DNA of 64,000 nucleotides from Mobula hypostoma (Eukaryota), in contig NC_086097.1 of the NCBI RefSeq assembly GCF_963921235.1, positions 79,176,001-79,240,000 on the forward strand, in the 5' to 3' direction. The notes under the pieces were generated by a model. That model made no database searches. It was not told the origin of the DNA and worked only from the letters and a program-made list of their open reading frames with translations. This document shows, piece after piece, positions 36,611 to 50,144 of the stretch. Both the position numbers and the translations under genes were made by a program. The first letter of the stretch is position 1; every line of letters begins with the position of its first letter.

Positions 36611-39104
36611 ACTCTCCTATGGTCCAAACATCAGTATAACAACAGTCATTTTTTTTTTAGTTAAAGGAGTAACAGTTAATATTTCATGCTTTGTATTGGT
36701 TTTGAATGTCGGGATGGCCAATTTCCCACAGTAGTTTGATTTTACCCTGTTCTCTTTTGCCTTTTGATGAAGGTTATAAAATAGCAGGAGTGGTAACGGG
36801 AGGTTCAGCTGACAGAACAAACTTAGGGTAACTTACACAAGGATGAAAGAGCCAGGGAAAAGATAACAGACCTCCAGAGTAAGTGAAGTTAGCGATAGTG
36901 AAAGGGAAAACATAAATAATAAGGATAAAAATAATTAGAGCTTAAACACAAGATAGGGTTTTTTTTTGGTATATTACTAACCCACTTATGTGAATGAGAA
37001 AGAATTTGTAGTCAGATTAAGATGATGAAATTTTAATTACCTACTCTAAATTTCCATTCTATATCTGTAAGATAAAACAAAATGATCTGAATTTCAAATT
37101 TTAAAAAATCCTGCAAATGCTGGAAATCTGAAATAAAAACAAAAAATGTTGGGAAGACTCAGCAGGTTAGGCTGTATCTGTGGAAAGAGAAAGAGTTAAC
37201 ATTTCAGATCAAATATCCCTGTTCAGAATCTTTCAATTTCCAAGGAAGGGTCTTCAGCCTGGAACGTTAGCTGTTTCTGCAGGTGCCGTCTCACTTGCTT
37301 TGTGCAGATATTTTCTATTAATTCAAAATCTGTCCATACAAATATTTCGTGTAATTTGGCTCTGCAATTTGTTGTTCATTCCCTCCGGAACTGGATGAGA
37401 TTTTTTTTGGGGTGGGGGGTGGAGTTGGAGACAATCTAACACATCACAATTCAATAGAGACTTCTGAAGAAAGTATTTCAAACAGATGTCATCTTGTTGA
37501 GAGATAGTATAGAGGAGATGGAGACTGACAAAGACTAGAGCAGGAGCACACAAACAAATTTTCATTGCTAACAAAGGGAAGAGAGAAGATCTAGCAGGGC
37601 CACCAAATAGATGACAATAATACCAGAACTGTGCATGGGCTCAGTAAAGATTGGAATGAGAGCTTCCAGCTGAACTAATTAACTAATTTAGTTAATGACA
37701 TGGGCAAAGATTGCATCATTGCAATTATATCACATTATAACACTTAGCTCTTGCCACATATTGACTTTGGTTATTGGAAAAAATTAATTTCACAGATTAT
37801 TTATTGATCTTATTTTCTTTCCATAGCTCAATAGAGATTATAGGTGTGTAGGAATAGGCAGGATGAGTTTTGGGAGGTTTAGCTGACGGAACAAACTCGA
37901 ATAATTTAGACAATGATGAAATAATTAGAGGAAAATCAATAAAGACCAAGCTAGCAATGGGCAAAAATATATAAAGGCTAAAATAGTTAGAGCTCAAATA
38001 CAAAATAAGGATTAATGTAATGTACTACTGACCCTCTGATGTGAGAGGAGGGACCTGCATTCAGTTTAAGATTGTGAGATTTTAATTATCTACTTGGAGG
38101 TTGGGATAGACAGAAAATGGAATACACATGATTAGAACAATGCTCAGGGTACTTGGTTGGCTTCCCTAAAACAGAGGAAAAGCTGGAAATGATTGGGCAA
38201 TTAGTCTGATATCTGTGCTATGAAAATTAGTGAAGACTATAGTCTACTGAAAGGTCCCAAAACCAAAGCATTAACTCTGTTTCTCTTTCCACAGATGGAC
38301 CCCAATATGCAGAGTGTTTCCAGCATTTTGATTTATTTCAGATTTCCAGCATCTGCAGTTTAAAAAAAAATATTTTTCACTTAGAATAATCTGGTTAAAA
38401 GGGAAAACCATTTTAGATTTATTAAAGGCAATCCATGTAATCTCAATTTTGAGGTTAGAAAGTGGACTGATTAAGACAAGTTGTATGTTTGGGCAACATT
38501 TTGCAAAGGCAGTTTTTGTAAAGGTGAAGCACATGGTACTATTGAGACAAAAATAAGAAGCACAATAATGAAGGCAGACAACCATAAAAAAGAGTATTAG
38601 GATAATTGTTTTTCATATATAAATTATCTGGACTGGTACAGGAGTGTATTTTTGAAATTTAAAGATGTTACAACATTTTGCAGCACAGTAACCAGTAAAC
38701 AGGACGGTAGTGGAAACACAGGAGAATGGTAAAATGACCAGATGTATAAGCAATTAAATGCAGATAGATATGAAGGGATTGCTGACCAGAGGGATGAAAA
38801 TTTGTAAATTCTTGTAGGTAGCAGGACAAGTGATAATATTGGTATAGATGGGTGGGTTTTTGCTTTAACCACCTTTCAGATAGTGACTTTTGTGTGAATG
38901 TTTTTTTTCCTCATTTCATTGAAAATCTTCCTAATTACTTTAAATTCAGTTATTTTTTTGACCAATTCATTGAGAAATTAGTTTTTTTTAAAAATCCCTC
39001 TACAAGGCCTTATTTTGTTTTAAACATCACTATTGATTCTTCCTTCAGCCTCATCTGTTTCAAAAGTCTAGATTATCCTATCATTTCACGATAAAAATAA
39101 TTCT

Positions 39105-39850
39105 GTCTTGGCAAAGAAATAGCAGATGGAATACAGTGTTGGAAATGGAGAGAAGATACAAAAAACTGAGGTGAAAAGGAACTTGGGAGTCCTTTTCCAG
39201 GATTCCCTAAAGGTTAATTTGCAGTTTGAGTCTGTGCTGAGGAAGGCAAATGCAATGCTAGCATTCATTTTGAGAGGACTAGGATTTAAAAGCAAGGATG
39301 TAATGTTGAAACTTTATAAACACTGGTGAGGCCTCACGTAGTATTCCGAGCAGGTCTGAGCCCCTTTATCTTAGAAATGATGTGCTGAAACTGGAGAGGA
39401 AGTTCACGAAATTGATTCCAGGATTGAATGGCTTGTCATATGAAGAAGATTTGATGGCTCTGGGCCTGTATTTGCTGGAATTCAGAAGAATGAGGGGTGA
39501 CCTCATTGAATTTTGACAGGCTTTGATAGAGTGGATGTGGAGAGTCTAAGACTAGAACACACAGCCTCAGAATGGAGGGGTATCCTTTTAGAATGGAGAT
39601 GAGGAGGAATTTCTTTAGCCAGAGAATGGTAAATCTGTGGAATTCTTTGCCACAGGTGCCTGTGGAGGCCAAGTCTTTATGTATATTTGAGGCAGAGGTT
39701 TATAGATTCTTGATTGGTCAGGGCATGAAGGGATATGGGGAGAAGGAAGGAGACTGGGGCTGAGAGGAAAATTGGATCAGCCATGAGGAAATGGCAGAGC
39801 AGACTTGATGGGCCAAATGACCTAATTCTGCTCCTATATCTTATGGTCTG
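39105..39850 (+). mobile_element. CR1 LINE 3' fragment
   Basis: KANAMLAFILRGL; RRNFFSQRMVNLWNSLPQ; tail ttatggtct. Confidence 0.85.
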
Positions 39851-41214
39851 ATAGCCCTGAAACTCTCATCTGCACTCCTTCCAGTGCACCCAAATCTTCT
39901 TGTAAGGACATAACTGAAACTACATATGGCACACAAACTGTGATCTAGTGTTTTGTACAGTTCAAGTGTAACTTCCCACCTTTGTATTGTGCCTCATCTA
40001 ATAAAATATGCAAAATCCTTTAAAAAAATTCAAGATGGCATGCTCCCTTTAAGGATAAGTAAATGTGGCAAAATCCTTTCGTTTTTCCAGATCTCAGTAT
40101 CCTCCCATTTAATTATATTCCCTTGTTTCTTGCAACACCTCCTCAATGCGTCAACTTACTTATTTGCCTGTTCAATTTGTCAGACTGTCCATGTCTTGTT
40201 GCAGTCTAAAGTTTTCTTCAATATGCATTCTGCCCATCCCTAGGAGCAAGACTCTGCATATCGATTGGATCTAGAATGACAAAATTGGATCACGTTGACA
40301 GCATAGGGGTCCAGAACAAGTCCACCTACAAAAATGCTGGCTACGTCAAAACTAAAATATTGTATGTATATTTCAAGAAATATTCAACAATGAAGAGAAT
40401 TAATATGGAATCCAAAAGCAATTATTTTAACATTTTTAAGACATTAACAATATAAAGTCCTTTTGAAGCCAAAATTCTCCCTTGAAATGAGTGGTCAGAG
40501 TTGACAAAAAATAGGAAATCACATTACTTATCTTACTGATAACAAGGATTATAAAAGTGTATATGCATAGAATTGAATATAAAGCTGCAGTACCATTTGT
40601 GCAATATAATGAGGTAGAGTTGAGGCAACAATTATTGCGGCACAAAGTTAGTGAATCATTTTGTTTGAACAAAATTTGTGAAAAATTTGAAGCATTGAAA
40701 TCTCTGGCTGTTTTCAGTGATAAAAAAAACTGAGCAAAATATTCTAGTTTACTAAAGTGTGGGACGAAGGATTAAAGTTAGTAATTTAGATATGGTCAAT
40801 GTTCAGATTAGACAGCAAAGAAAGGATAGAGCCATGAAAAAACATTTACATTAATATAATTTAAGCATCGCCATAAACTGACTGAACTTGACATTTTCTG
40901 TGCTATAAATCACAGAGCTGTGTAATATACTGTACTCTCATTGCTCCATTTGGTTAAGTCTTTACTGGCTGTGAGCAATACCAGCAATCCCATTCCCCCA
41001 CTTATTTCTCTGTATTTGCACTCATGTTCATCTTCTCCACACAGATGCTCCTGCCACCCAGCGCTGTCCAGGGTAATTTACAGTAGACAATTCACTTACT
41101 AATCAATGTACCTTCAGACTGAGGAAGGAAACTAAGATACTGAAAAATACAAATGGAGTTACCGTGAGAATATGCAGGTTTCTCAAATATAGCAGAGGAT
41201 GGGCATTATGTAAG

Positions 41215-42785
41215 TCCCTGGCCTCTGAGGCCACTCTCAGGTTGGAGGAGCAACACTTCATATTGTCTAGGTAGCCTCCAACCTGATGGTAGGAAAATTG
41301 ATTTCTCCAATTTTTGGTAATTCCCCACCCCCTTCAATTCCCTACTCTGCGGGCGCTGCAGGAGAAGTGTAGCAGGTGCATGGGATGGGGGTGGGGGGGG
41401 GGAAGAGGGGGTAGCACTGGTGCAAATACACCCAGCCCTGAGACACCAGGCAAGTTCATTTGATTCCAAATAAGCCCTGGACAATAATTCTTTTTGTTAA
41501 GTGTTGCTTCCTCAGAAATTTTTTTTTACGATTTATGATAGACCGCTTGAAGCTGAACACAAACCTAATTTCAGACCTCTTGTATCATATAGGAAATTGG
41601 AGAAAAAATAAATTAACTTTTATTCAATGTTTTGTTAATGATTTTTGTTTGTACTGTGTCTGAGGCTTCTTGCTAAGTGTCCAACAATAATCAGCCACTA
41701 TTGATGGATTCCAGTTGCCCTGATACTGTTTCCCCATGACTACAATGTCCTAGCGAAACATTTCATCATGCTTGGTCACTGACAACACCAAGATTTACAG
41801 CGAAGTCGTCTAAACGGGAATGCTGAAAATTAATCTTTTTGTGACATGTTGCACTTCATGGTTTTGTATGTTTGGATCATGTTGTCACTCAGCAGCACAT
41901 ACTTTGGTGCTCTGTTGTTGCCAAGAAAATTTTCAACAATATCCTTGAGTGCCTTCCATGTGATTTTCACCAGTCCTACCAGATTTTTGAACTGCCTACC
42001 ATTGATGACCTGTTCGATTTGTAGACCAACAAAAATGCCTTCCTTAATCTTGACATCACTTATTCCGACTTCAATTATGAATTGAAATACAAATATTGGC
42101 AATTTCAAAAATGGTGTCATAGGGAAATTTCATAGTGATTTTCATGATCAGCGGGCCAAAATCCATAACATGCTCCCAAAAGTGTTCAGAAAGCAACAAT
42201 CTTTGTTGTCCGGTGAAATTGGTTTATTGATCATTACAGAATGTTTCTCTGGTGGTTCCCACTTCCTAACCTTGATTCCTCTCTCCCAGCCTACTTTCCA
42301 CTCAGTCCACAATTGAGACCCATATTAGGACCAGGTTTATCATCTCTCATGTCATGAATTTTTTTTTGCAGTAGTACAATACATAATTACTACAATACTG
42401 TGCAAGAGTATTAGCACTTGTAGATACATATATATGCCCCAAGACTTTTGCACAGTATTGTACCTCTTCTCAGCTGCCTGTCACATCCCTCTAGTGACCC
42501 TCCTCCTTCCTTTTCTTCCATGGTCTACTCTCCTATCAGATTCCTTCTCCAGCCCTTTATCTTTTTCACCATCACACCCCTGCTAATTACTTCATCACCC
42601 CTCCCTAACCACCTCACTTCACCCTTCATCTTCCAGCTTGTCCTTCTTCCCTTCCCCCCACCTTCTTATTCTGGCATCATTCTCCTTCCTTTCCAGTCCT
42701 GATAAAGGGCCACAGACCAAAATGTGGACTGTTTTATTTCTTTAGATGCTGCCTGACCTGCTGAGTTCACCCAGCTTTTTGTAAA
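41215..42785 (+). mobile_element. Penelope-like element 3' end (GIY-YIG C-terminus plus terminal repeat), split by nested insertions ~41345-42460
   Basis: EATLRLEEQHFI/LGSLQPDGRKIDFSNF at 41225-41315; pyrimidine-rich UTR resumes at 42461 and ends in the hammerhead-like repeat 42695-42785. Confidence 0.75.
41475..42215. mobile_element. Chapaev3 (CMC) DNA transposon deletion derivative
   Basis: Minus strand KIKEGIFVGLQI..WKALKDIVENFLGNNRAP..YKTMKCNMS, SDQA..MFR, QYQGNWNPSIVADYCWTL; termini CCCTGGACAA / TTGTCCGGTG. Confidence 0.75.
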
Positions 42786-45056
42786 TAAAGTTCTACTCTG
42801 AATCAAGGCAAACAATGTTGAGCCATAAAAGTTTGATTTTTCATAGGGAACTATATCAATTGTCATACTCAATCTTCAAATGATTGAACTATAGTGCCAT
42901 GTTGGTAAATGAGGTGGTAGTCAAAGGAGAAATATTAGCCAAGGCATGGAGAACTGCCTAATGAATAGTAAAGTGCAAACAAATACACCTGAACTGGCAG
43001 AAAGGATTTAAATTTCAAAATTTAGCATTTTCAGTGAAGCACAAAATTTTTTCTTGTTCAGGTCCAAGAACAGAGATTCAGACCCAACTTCACAGGAAAC
43101 TGAAGTTAATCAAATTTTATTGCACAAGCAAACTTTTGATATTAAGTCTCTTCTGTAATAAAACCAAATTTGCAAAAGGTTTCACCTCCTCCCACCCCAG
43201 AGAAACCGCCAAAATTTTAGTTTCTATCAAGACATGCCAAATTCAATTATCAAATAATACATTAATTATAGCTTACATTGCCTGTCTGAAAATATCAAAA
43301 TCAAATGAATTGCTCTTACAGATTAAGTAATAAAAATGTTGGAAGTTGCATTATGGTAGAAATTCCCCATACTCTTTTCTATGGCACATAAACACTTACA
43401 CTGTTCAACAATCAGGTTGTTACAAGTATTAAAATGGCACTAATAGGTACAGATTCTCTCCAGGAACTTTACACTGCAGAATGAACGTCTCACATTCCTC
43501 CTTAGAGGCCATGCAATTTAAACTTAAAAGTTAGCATTCCTGAAAAGGGTAAATATCTAAATAACCTAACAAATCCAGTGGTAGATATACCAAAGAAAAT
43601 CAATTTAGAGGTGAAGGATTATGACTTAGCTATAACAACAAACAGATCATTAGACAATATATCTTAAATATGCAAATAATAAAGAACTGGTGGAGGTATT
43701 AAATGACAACTTTTACAGGAGTGTGAAGGAATGGGAACCGCGTTAAGTATAATTGTGTTATTAAAAAGTGACTGGAAAGGAAAAAAAATGATACCACACA
43801 CAAACGTAAAAGGTGCAGGGCAATTTTAACATAGCTTAGTTGGTCAAATGATGCTCTCTTCAATGTTTCAAATATCACTCAATGTAACAGGTGTGATATA
43901 GAGAGTTGCTAATATAATACCGGCTTTAGAAATTAGATGGTCTCTGATAATCTGCTTTCTGCTGAAATAGAAATCCTGATGGTTTGGCATCTGGCTCACC
44001 AGTGCTCTCACCAATGCCTTGTAACTATTTGGTGCAGTTTACCCTTGCTCCCTTGAAACTTAATCATTTACTAGAAAATAGACAACAGAAAACTTGCTAA
44101 TCCAGCACACAAGTCTTGAGCTTACCAGATCAAGAGCTTTAAAACACATCATTCTCCAAAATTCAGTGGAAAGTTCACGATTCAAAATAAAATGAATAAC
44201 TATTTGATGCACAGTTTAAGGACAGTCAATGAATTTACAAACCAGTGGGCATCTGGAAAATGTAATAAATGCTATGAGACTTCCATTTTACAATCCAAAC
44301 TCTTTTCTGGGATCAATTCGTATTCTATGAATTTGTGATGTATTATAGTAATGAGTCCAGCATCACGTTTAATTGTTCCCCACATGGCACCAGTACTTAA
44401 GCAACGTCATGTTACCACAGTCTAACAAGCATTTGAAAATATGGCAAGACAATTCCAATAACCAAAAAAAAAGTAAGTAATCTGCCTTAGTAAGCTAGAT
44501 ACCGAAGTGTTAATGCCACAAAAAAAAATTACTTTTAAGCCAACAAATGGTTTGGTTGGAAAGCAGAATTGGCAGCCTGTACTTGGGACATGAATATTTT
44601 TGTCTATTAAGATCACCTTCACAATTTGTGGGTGTGAGCTAACTGAGCATGAAAAATAGGCGCAGTTCAGAAGCAGGCTTAAGTTCTTGATATTTTAAGA
44701 ACTAAATACATAATAGTCGTGAAAACTTTAGTGAAATATCAAAATAAAGCACTATAAAATTTTCAGCAGAAACACGCAGCCATACTATTTTTATAGTACT
44801 CAGCGTAAATGAATAAGCCAAATTCATGATTAAAAATAGCATGCCAAATTTCATGTGCTGACAAGTTACACAATGAAAATGCAAAAACAGATTTGCAGAG
44901 AGAACTCAACTTGACTACAGGCAGCTTCCCCACATCAAAAGAAAATAGATGCTTTACTTTGTTACTCACAACTATTGATATATCAGATAGTGCATAAAGG
45001 CAGTGCCAAAAATACAAAATAAAAGGCTTGAAGTTTCAAAGATTATTTTGCCAATG

Positions 45057-45062
45057 TTTATT
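45057..45062 (-). promoter_or_regulatory. Candidate proximal polyadenylation signal of EIF2S1 (distal candidate 43116-43121)
   Basis: AATAAA on the minus strand ~375 nt after the stop codon. Confidence 0.45.
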
Positions 45063-45437
45063 TTTTGTTAGATGTTCTGAATACAATCTTTTGAGAAAAA
45101 ATTCCTTTCTTCCAGAGGATCAAATACTTGTAAAATTCCAATTAGTGATTTGCGTGGAAGACTGGCTGCAAATTTAACAGCAAGGATCAGCTTGCGTGTT
45201 TAATATTTTTTTAATAAAAACTCTAGCAGTTGCAGTTCAAAGAAGTTGATTAACCTGGTTTGTTTTTTAATTGATATGAAGATGTTCAGAACAATAGCCA
45301 GTCACATTAGGAAAATGAGAAATGAAATATGTGCATGAAGTATTTTGGATAAATCCAAAAAAAAAAGATAGCTTTGTAGTCTGAATTTTGAAGGGAATTT
45401 TCTCTCTTCTGGTCAATTTCTAGAATCCAGTAAGTAT

Positions 45438-45572
<135 letters not shown>

Positions 45573-47083
45573 TCACAACAAATAAATGAAAAAATATAAC
45601 AAGGTATAACCTAGGTTATATATGGTAATTCACCATCCATGTTTGGCTCACCTCAGTTTTAAATGATCAATCCCTTAATCTCAAACTGTACACCCAGGTC
45701 CTAAATATCCCACTCATGTAACCTTCCTGCATCTGGCCTGTTAAGCCTTTCAAGAAATGGTATATTTTATTTTATTTAGAGATACAGTGGGGAATAGGCC
45801 CAAAGAGCTGCAACACCCAGCAATTCACCTTTTTAACCCTATCCTATTCACAGGACAATTTACAACAACCAATTAACCCATTAAGTGGTCCATCTTTGGA
45901 AGCTGAGAGGAAACTGAACACGCAGAGGAAACCACACGTTTACAGGAAGGGCATACTAACTTCTTACAGACAATGTTGGAAATGAACTCTAATGGCCCAA
46001 ACTGCAATAACGTTGCACTAACCGCTACTCCACCATGGTGCCAGCAAGTTCTATCTCTCTATATTTTAAGTCCAAGCACCCACCCCTGCAGAACCTCACT
46101 AGACACAGCCTGCCAAACTAAGAATTCCCATTCTTTGCTTTCCATCCGATAACCAATTCAATTCACGACATCTCCATATACTCTTTACACATTAGCCAAA
46201 CTCTTGTACCTTACTGGAATCCTTCCACAAACTGAAATGCTCTATATCCCAGCTTCCCCCTTTATCTCTTCCATTATTCAAATCTTCAAGAACTCAACAG
46301 ATGATTTTGTTTAACCCTTACATTATGTAATTATGCCCTTCATTATTGTCTTGAGCAATTGCCCTGCTACCGACAATAGACTAACAGTTTGTCATTTCCT
46401 TATCGATGATAGCGGTCCCTACCCATGTCTAGTGAACAGCCCACAACTGCTGATTTGTATAAAATATTGTGTTGGGCTATGAAGGCATAATCTGACCCAA
46501 CTCCAAATTCTTCAGTAGAATAGAAAATAACTCAAGCCCTTCAATGTGGCTGGGGCCTACTGGGATTGGATTGTGTAACTATTTTTCAGTGTACAACCTC
46601 GCAGCATATAGTTCAATGTTTCCAAGATGGGACCACTTAACTAAACTATCCAGTCTTGTTTGCAAAGCCAGCCAGTTTTTACTCAAAGTACATAGAGGAA
46701 AATTTTTTTAGGTAGAGGGTGGTGAATCTACGGAATTCATTGCCACTGACAGCTTTTAGTCATCAGGTATGTCTAAGGCAGAGGTTAATAGGCCTTAATT
46801 AGTAAAGGTGTCAAAGGTTATGGGGAAAAGTCAGGTAACTGGGGTTGAGAGGGAAAACTACATATAGCTCAATGTCACAGCTGGCTTGATAGGCCAAATA
46901 GCCTAATTCTGCTCCCATGTCTTGTGGTTTTATATAGTGGCGTGGTTGAAATCACTTGAGCACAATGGGAACAGGAAGCACTTTCACAACCACAGTAACT
47001 TTGTCCACCATATATGTAAGTCCATATATTGCACTAGAGGATTTAATATAGGAATAAGAGCAAGCAAAAAACAAGAGACTGAC

Positions 47084-47227
47084 CTCCATCTGGATGTTGA
47101 ACACTCCTCTTTTCTCCTCTATACGTTCTTTAATTGCCGACATTGCTTGGTTTAGAATAGAAAGACCTTCTGTACGCTCAAGTGTTGTGGTAGTCATGAC
47201 ATATCTTGGAGGAGCTATGAGATTTAT
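47084..47227 (-). CDS. EIF2S1: eIF2-alpha coding exon 6
   Basis: ccag| [48 protein letters not shown] |gtcagt; 144 nt. Confidence 0.97.
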
Positions 47228-47916
47228 CTGGATAGAGAGGAGAAGTCAAGCATTAATGCATTTTGTCAAAATTACACTGGATTTAGTTATTGATGATCAG
47301 GGGAGGAAAACAAAAATCACTAAAATTTGTAATTTCATCCATGCATAGTTGATGAGGACCAAGCTTATTGATGTGCCCCTGAAATATTTAAACTAATATC
47401 TGCATGATGCATTCTGCACTACCAGAATCTTTTTGTTTAAACTTCATTTGAACCATTCCCCCAATTACAAACTGAAAGTTAGCCTACACAAGCTTTCATT
47501 AGTGATCCATAACTTTTTTTTTTGCAAGTTCTCAGTGTTCAAATGATCCAAACCTCTTGTTTTCAACACAAACATGAGGAATTCTGCAGATGCTGGAAAT
47601 TCAAGCAACACACATCAAAGTTGCTGGCAAACACAGCAGGTTAGGCAGCATCTCTAAGAAAAGGTACAGTCATAAGCATAGAGGGAGTAGAATCTCTTAC
47701 TAACTCTTCCTTCAGTTAGTCCGGACGAAGGGTCTCGGCCTGAAATGTCGACTGTACCTCTTCCTAGAGATGCTGCGTTCACCAGCAACTTTGATGTGTG
47801 TTGCTTTTGCTTTCAAGATCACTTAATTAAATCAATGAATTTTGATGTCCCTGGTTACTGATATTTTCTTAGTGGATTGGTTGTTTGGCTTAAATTATTG
47901 CCCAAATCCTCTTCAA

Positions 47917-48270
47917 CACACACAAAATGCTGGAGGAACTCATCAGGTCAGGCAGCATCTATGGAAAACAGTATAGTTGACGTTTCAGGCTGAGACCCTT
48001 CATCAGGATTGAAACGAAATGAAAGAGGAGAAGTCAAAGTAAGAAGGTGGGGGAAGGGAGAAAGTAGTACAAGGTGGCAGGTGATAAGTGAAACCAGGGG
48101 AGGGGGAGGGGTGAAGTGAAGACCTGGGAAGTCGATTGGTGAAAGACAGAGAGAAATGACTGGAGAAGGGGGATCTGATGGGAGAGGATAGAAGACCATG
48201 GAAGAAAGGGAAGGGGTGAAGCACCAGAGAGAGGTAATGGGCTGGTAAGAAGATAAGGTGAGGTAAGGTC
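47917..48270 (-). repeat. Penelope-derived 3' UTR/terminal repeat with hammerhead motif (~47975-48010); related repeats at 47566-47805 and 48355-48490
   Basis: Reverse complement resembles 42461-42785; CUGAUGA-A-GGGUCUCAGCCU-GAAA-CGUC. Confidence 0.7.
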
Positions 48271-50144
48271 ATAACATCAACCTAGGTAGCCACACATTTT
48301 AATCACATTCAGGGGTTAAAAGTGTCTGGTAAATTCCTTATTAATTAACCTTTAGCAACACACACAAAATGCTGGTGGAATGCAGCAGGCCAGACAGCAT
48401 CCATAGGAAGAAGCACAGTCGACGTTTCGGGCCAAGACCCTTGAATTGTTGCTTGAATTTCTAGCATCTGCAGATTTCCTCATGTTTGCATAATTAACCT
48501 CTAGACCTGGTCTCCACGGTAACTGGAAACATCTAACTTGTGAAATGTGGTCATGATTTCCAAGTCAGGAAACTACAATGATTTTCACAATCAACCTAAC
48601 AAAGCATCTCAGCATGATTCAGTTCACACACCAAGCTCAACCAAGGTGAATGATCGTGTGTTCAAGGAATTTGTGCAACTCTACTCCAACACGAGTCATG
48701 GGTCTGGATATGAGAAACAGAACCGGAGCAAATGTTTGCAATGAAAATTGTTTGCAACATCTATTTCAAGGTAATTTGGGCATTTTGGTTTTAAATTCAA
48801 GTTAAAAAGAACAATATCCTCATTCTCCTTGGTAGTTAACCTCACCCTTTGAGGCACAAACAAAGGCTGCCTTACATGACTATGAAGGCAGTGGAGACCA
48901 TGCGCATCACTAAATGTGTAATCAATATGTGGCGAATGTCTATAGATTAAAATGAACTACGTATGTGCAAGTGATTTCAGAAATTTAATTTTGCAAACAA
49001 GTCCTTGACTTTCACACTGATGGTTACATTATGTACAAACATTTGTAGTTAAAAATACCAAAAGGTAAACTTTAAAAAAAGGATAACACTGAGTTTTGAC
49101 AGACCTGATTTTATTAAAGTATAATTATATCAAATTACAGGTATAGTGAATATGTTTTTAACATGACTTTGAATTGAACATTTTAAAGATTTGGTTAACT
49201 GGATAAAGTTTGTTATAAGTGGAAAAAGTTATCACTGCATGAGTTAAAACAAACTGTTAACTTGCTATAACAATATTGTTTAAGAATTTTTTGAATATTT
49301 TTAACTACATTGTGTAACCTCCAGTATAAATAGGAGGGGTTTGCCAGTTACAAAATCTATACAGGCACATGCAGAAATCAGAAGCTACATGTGGTGAATC
49401 ACTGCTGCAAAAGTTATATTTGCTAAAATCAAAAGTACAATTTAATATTGAGCCAGAAAGTCTATAATGCAAAGGTTTGTGTATGCCAGCATAAAATAAC
49501 TTAAACTGAAAGCAGCATACTACACAAAACACGTAAAGTCCTTTTCAAATTAACTTAAGGGCTTGTGGCTCATAACAATGGAATTTGATCCCTTAACCCA
49601 CAGGTCAAATTGCACTAAAATTTTGATTTGTTACTTTTTATTCTCACTTTTCTCCCTCTGAGGATTTACTTCATATTCTCTATCCAAGTACACTTCCAGC
49701 AACAAGCTCAAGACCACAACTTTTGTACTGACCCCAAAAAGACTAGATTCTACCCCACTTACCAAAAAAAATTCCTGAAACTACCTAGTCTTCCCTTTCT
49801 ATTGCAAATCCACCTCAAGACCTGAATCTGATAGCTCAGTTCAATTCCTCCAGTAGTTCTGTAATCAATATAGTTAAGTCAAAAAGATATCTATATATAC
49901 ACACACACAAATTGATAAATAGGTTTCTTATTGTAACATGTACTGGGGAACAGTGAAAAACTTGTCTTGCATACTGTCCATACAGAGCAATAGTGCACAG
50001 TAAAACAATAGTAGAGTACAGGATAAAGTGTTACATGTCAGAAAAAGTACAGTGCAGGTAGACAATAATGTGCAAGGTCACAATGAGGCAGACTGTGGTC
50101 AAGAATATATCTTAATAAGAGAACTGTTCAATATCTTGTTCAAT

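Noticed and set aside
36790..38110. Two diverged ~270-bp copies (36795-37045, 37870-38095) that looked like duplicated exons of an unknown gene
   Set aside because: No open frame with splice sites. The residual motifs (EL..K.G..YY.PP..ICSQI..FNY) fit very old CR1 endonuclease fragments.
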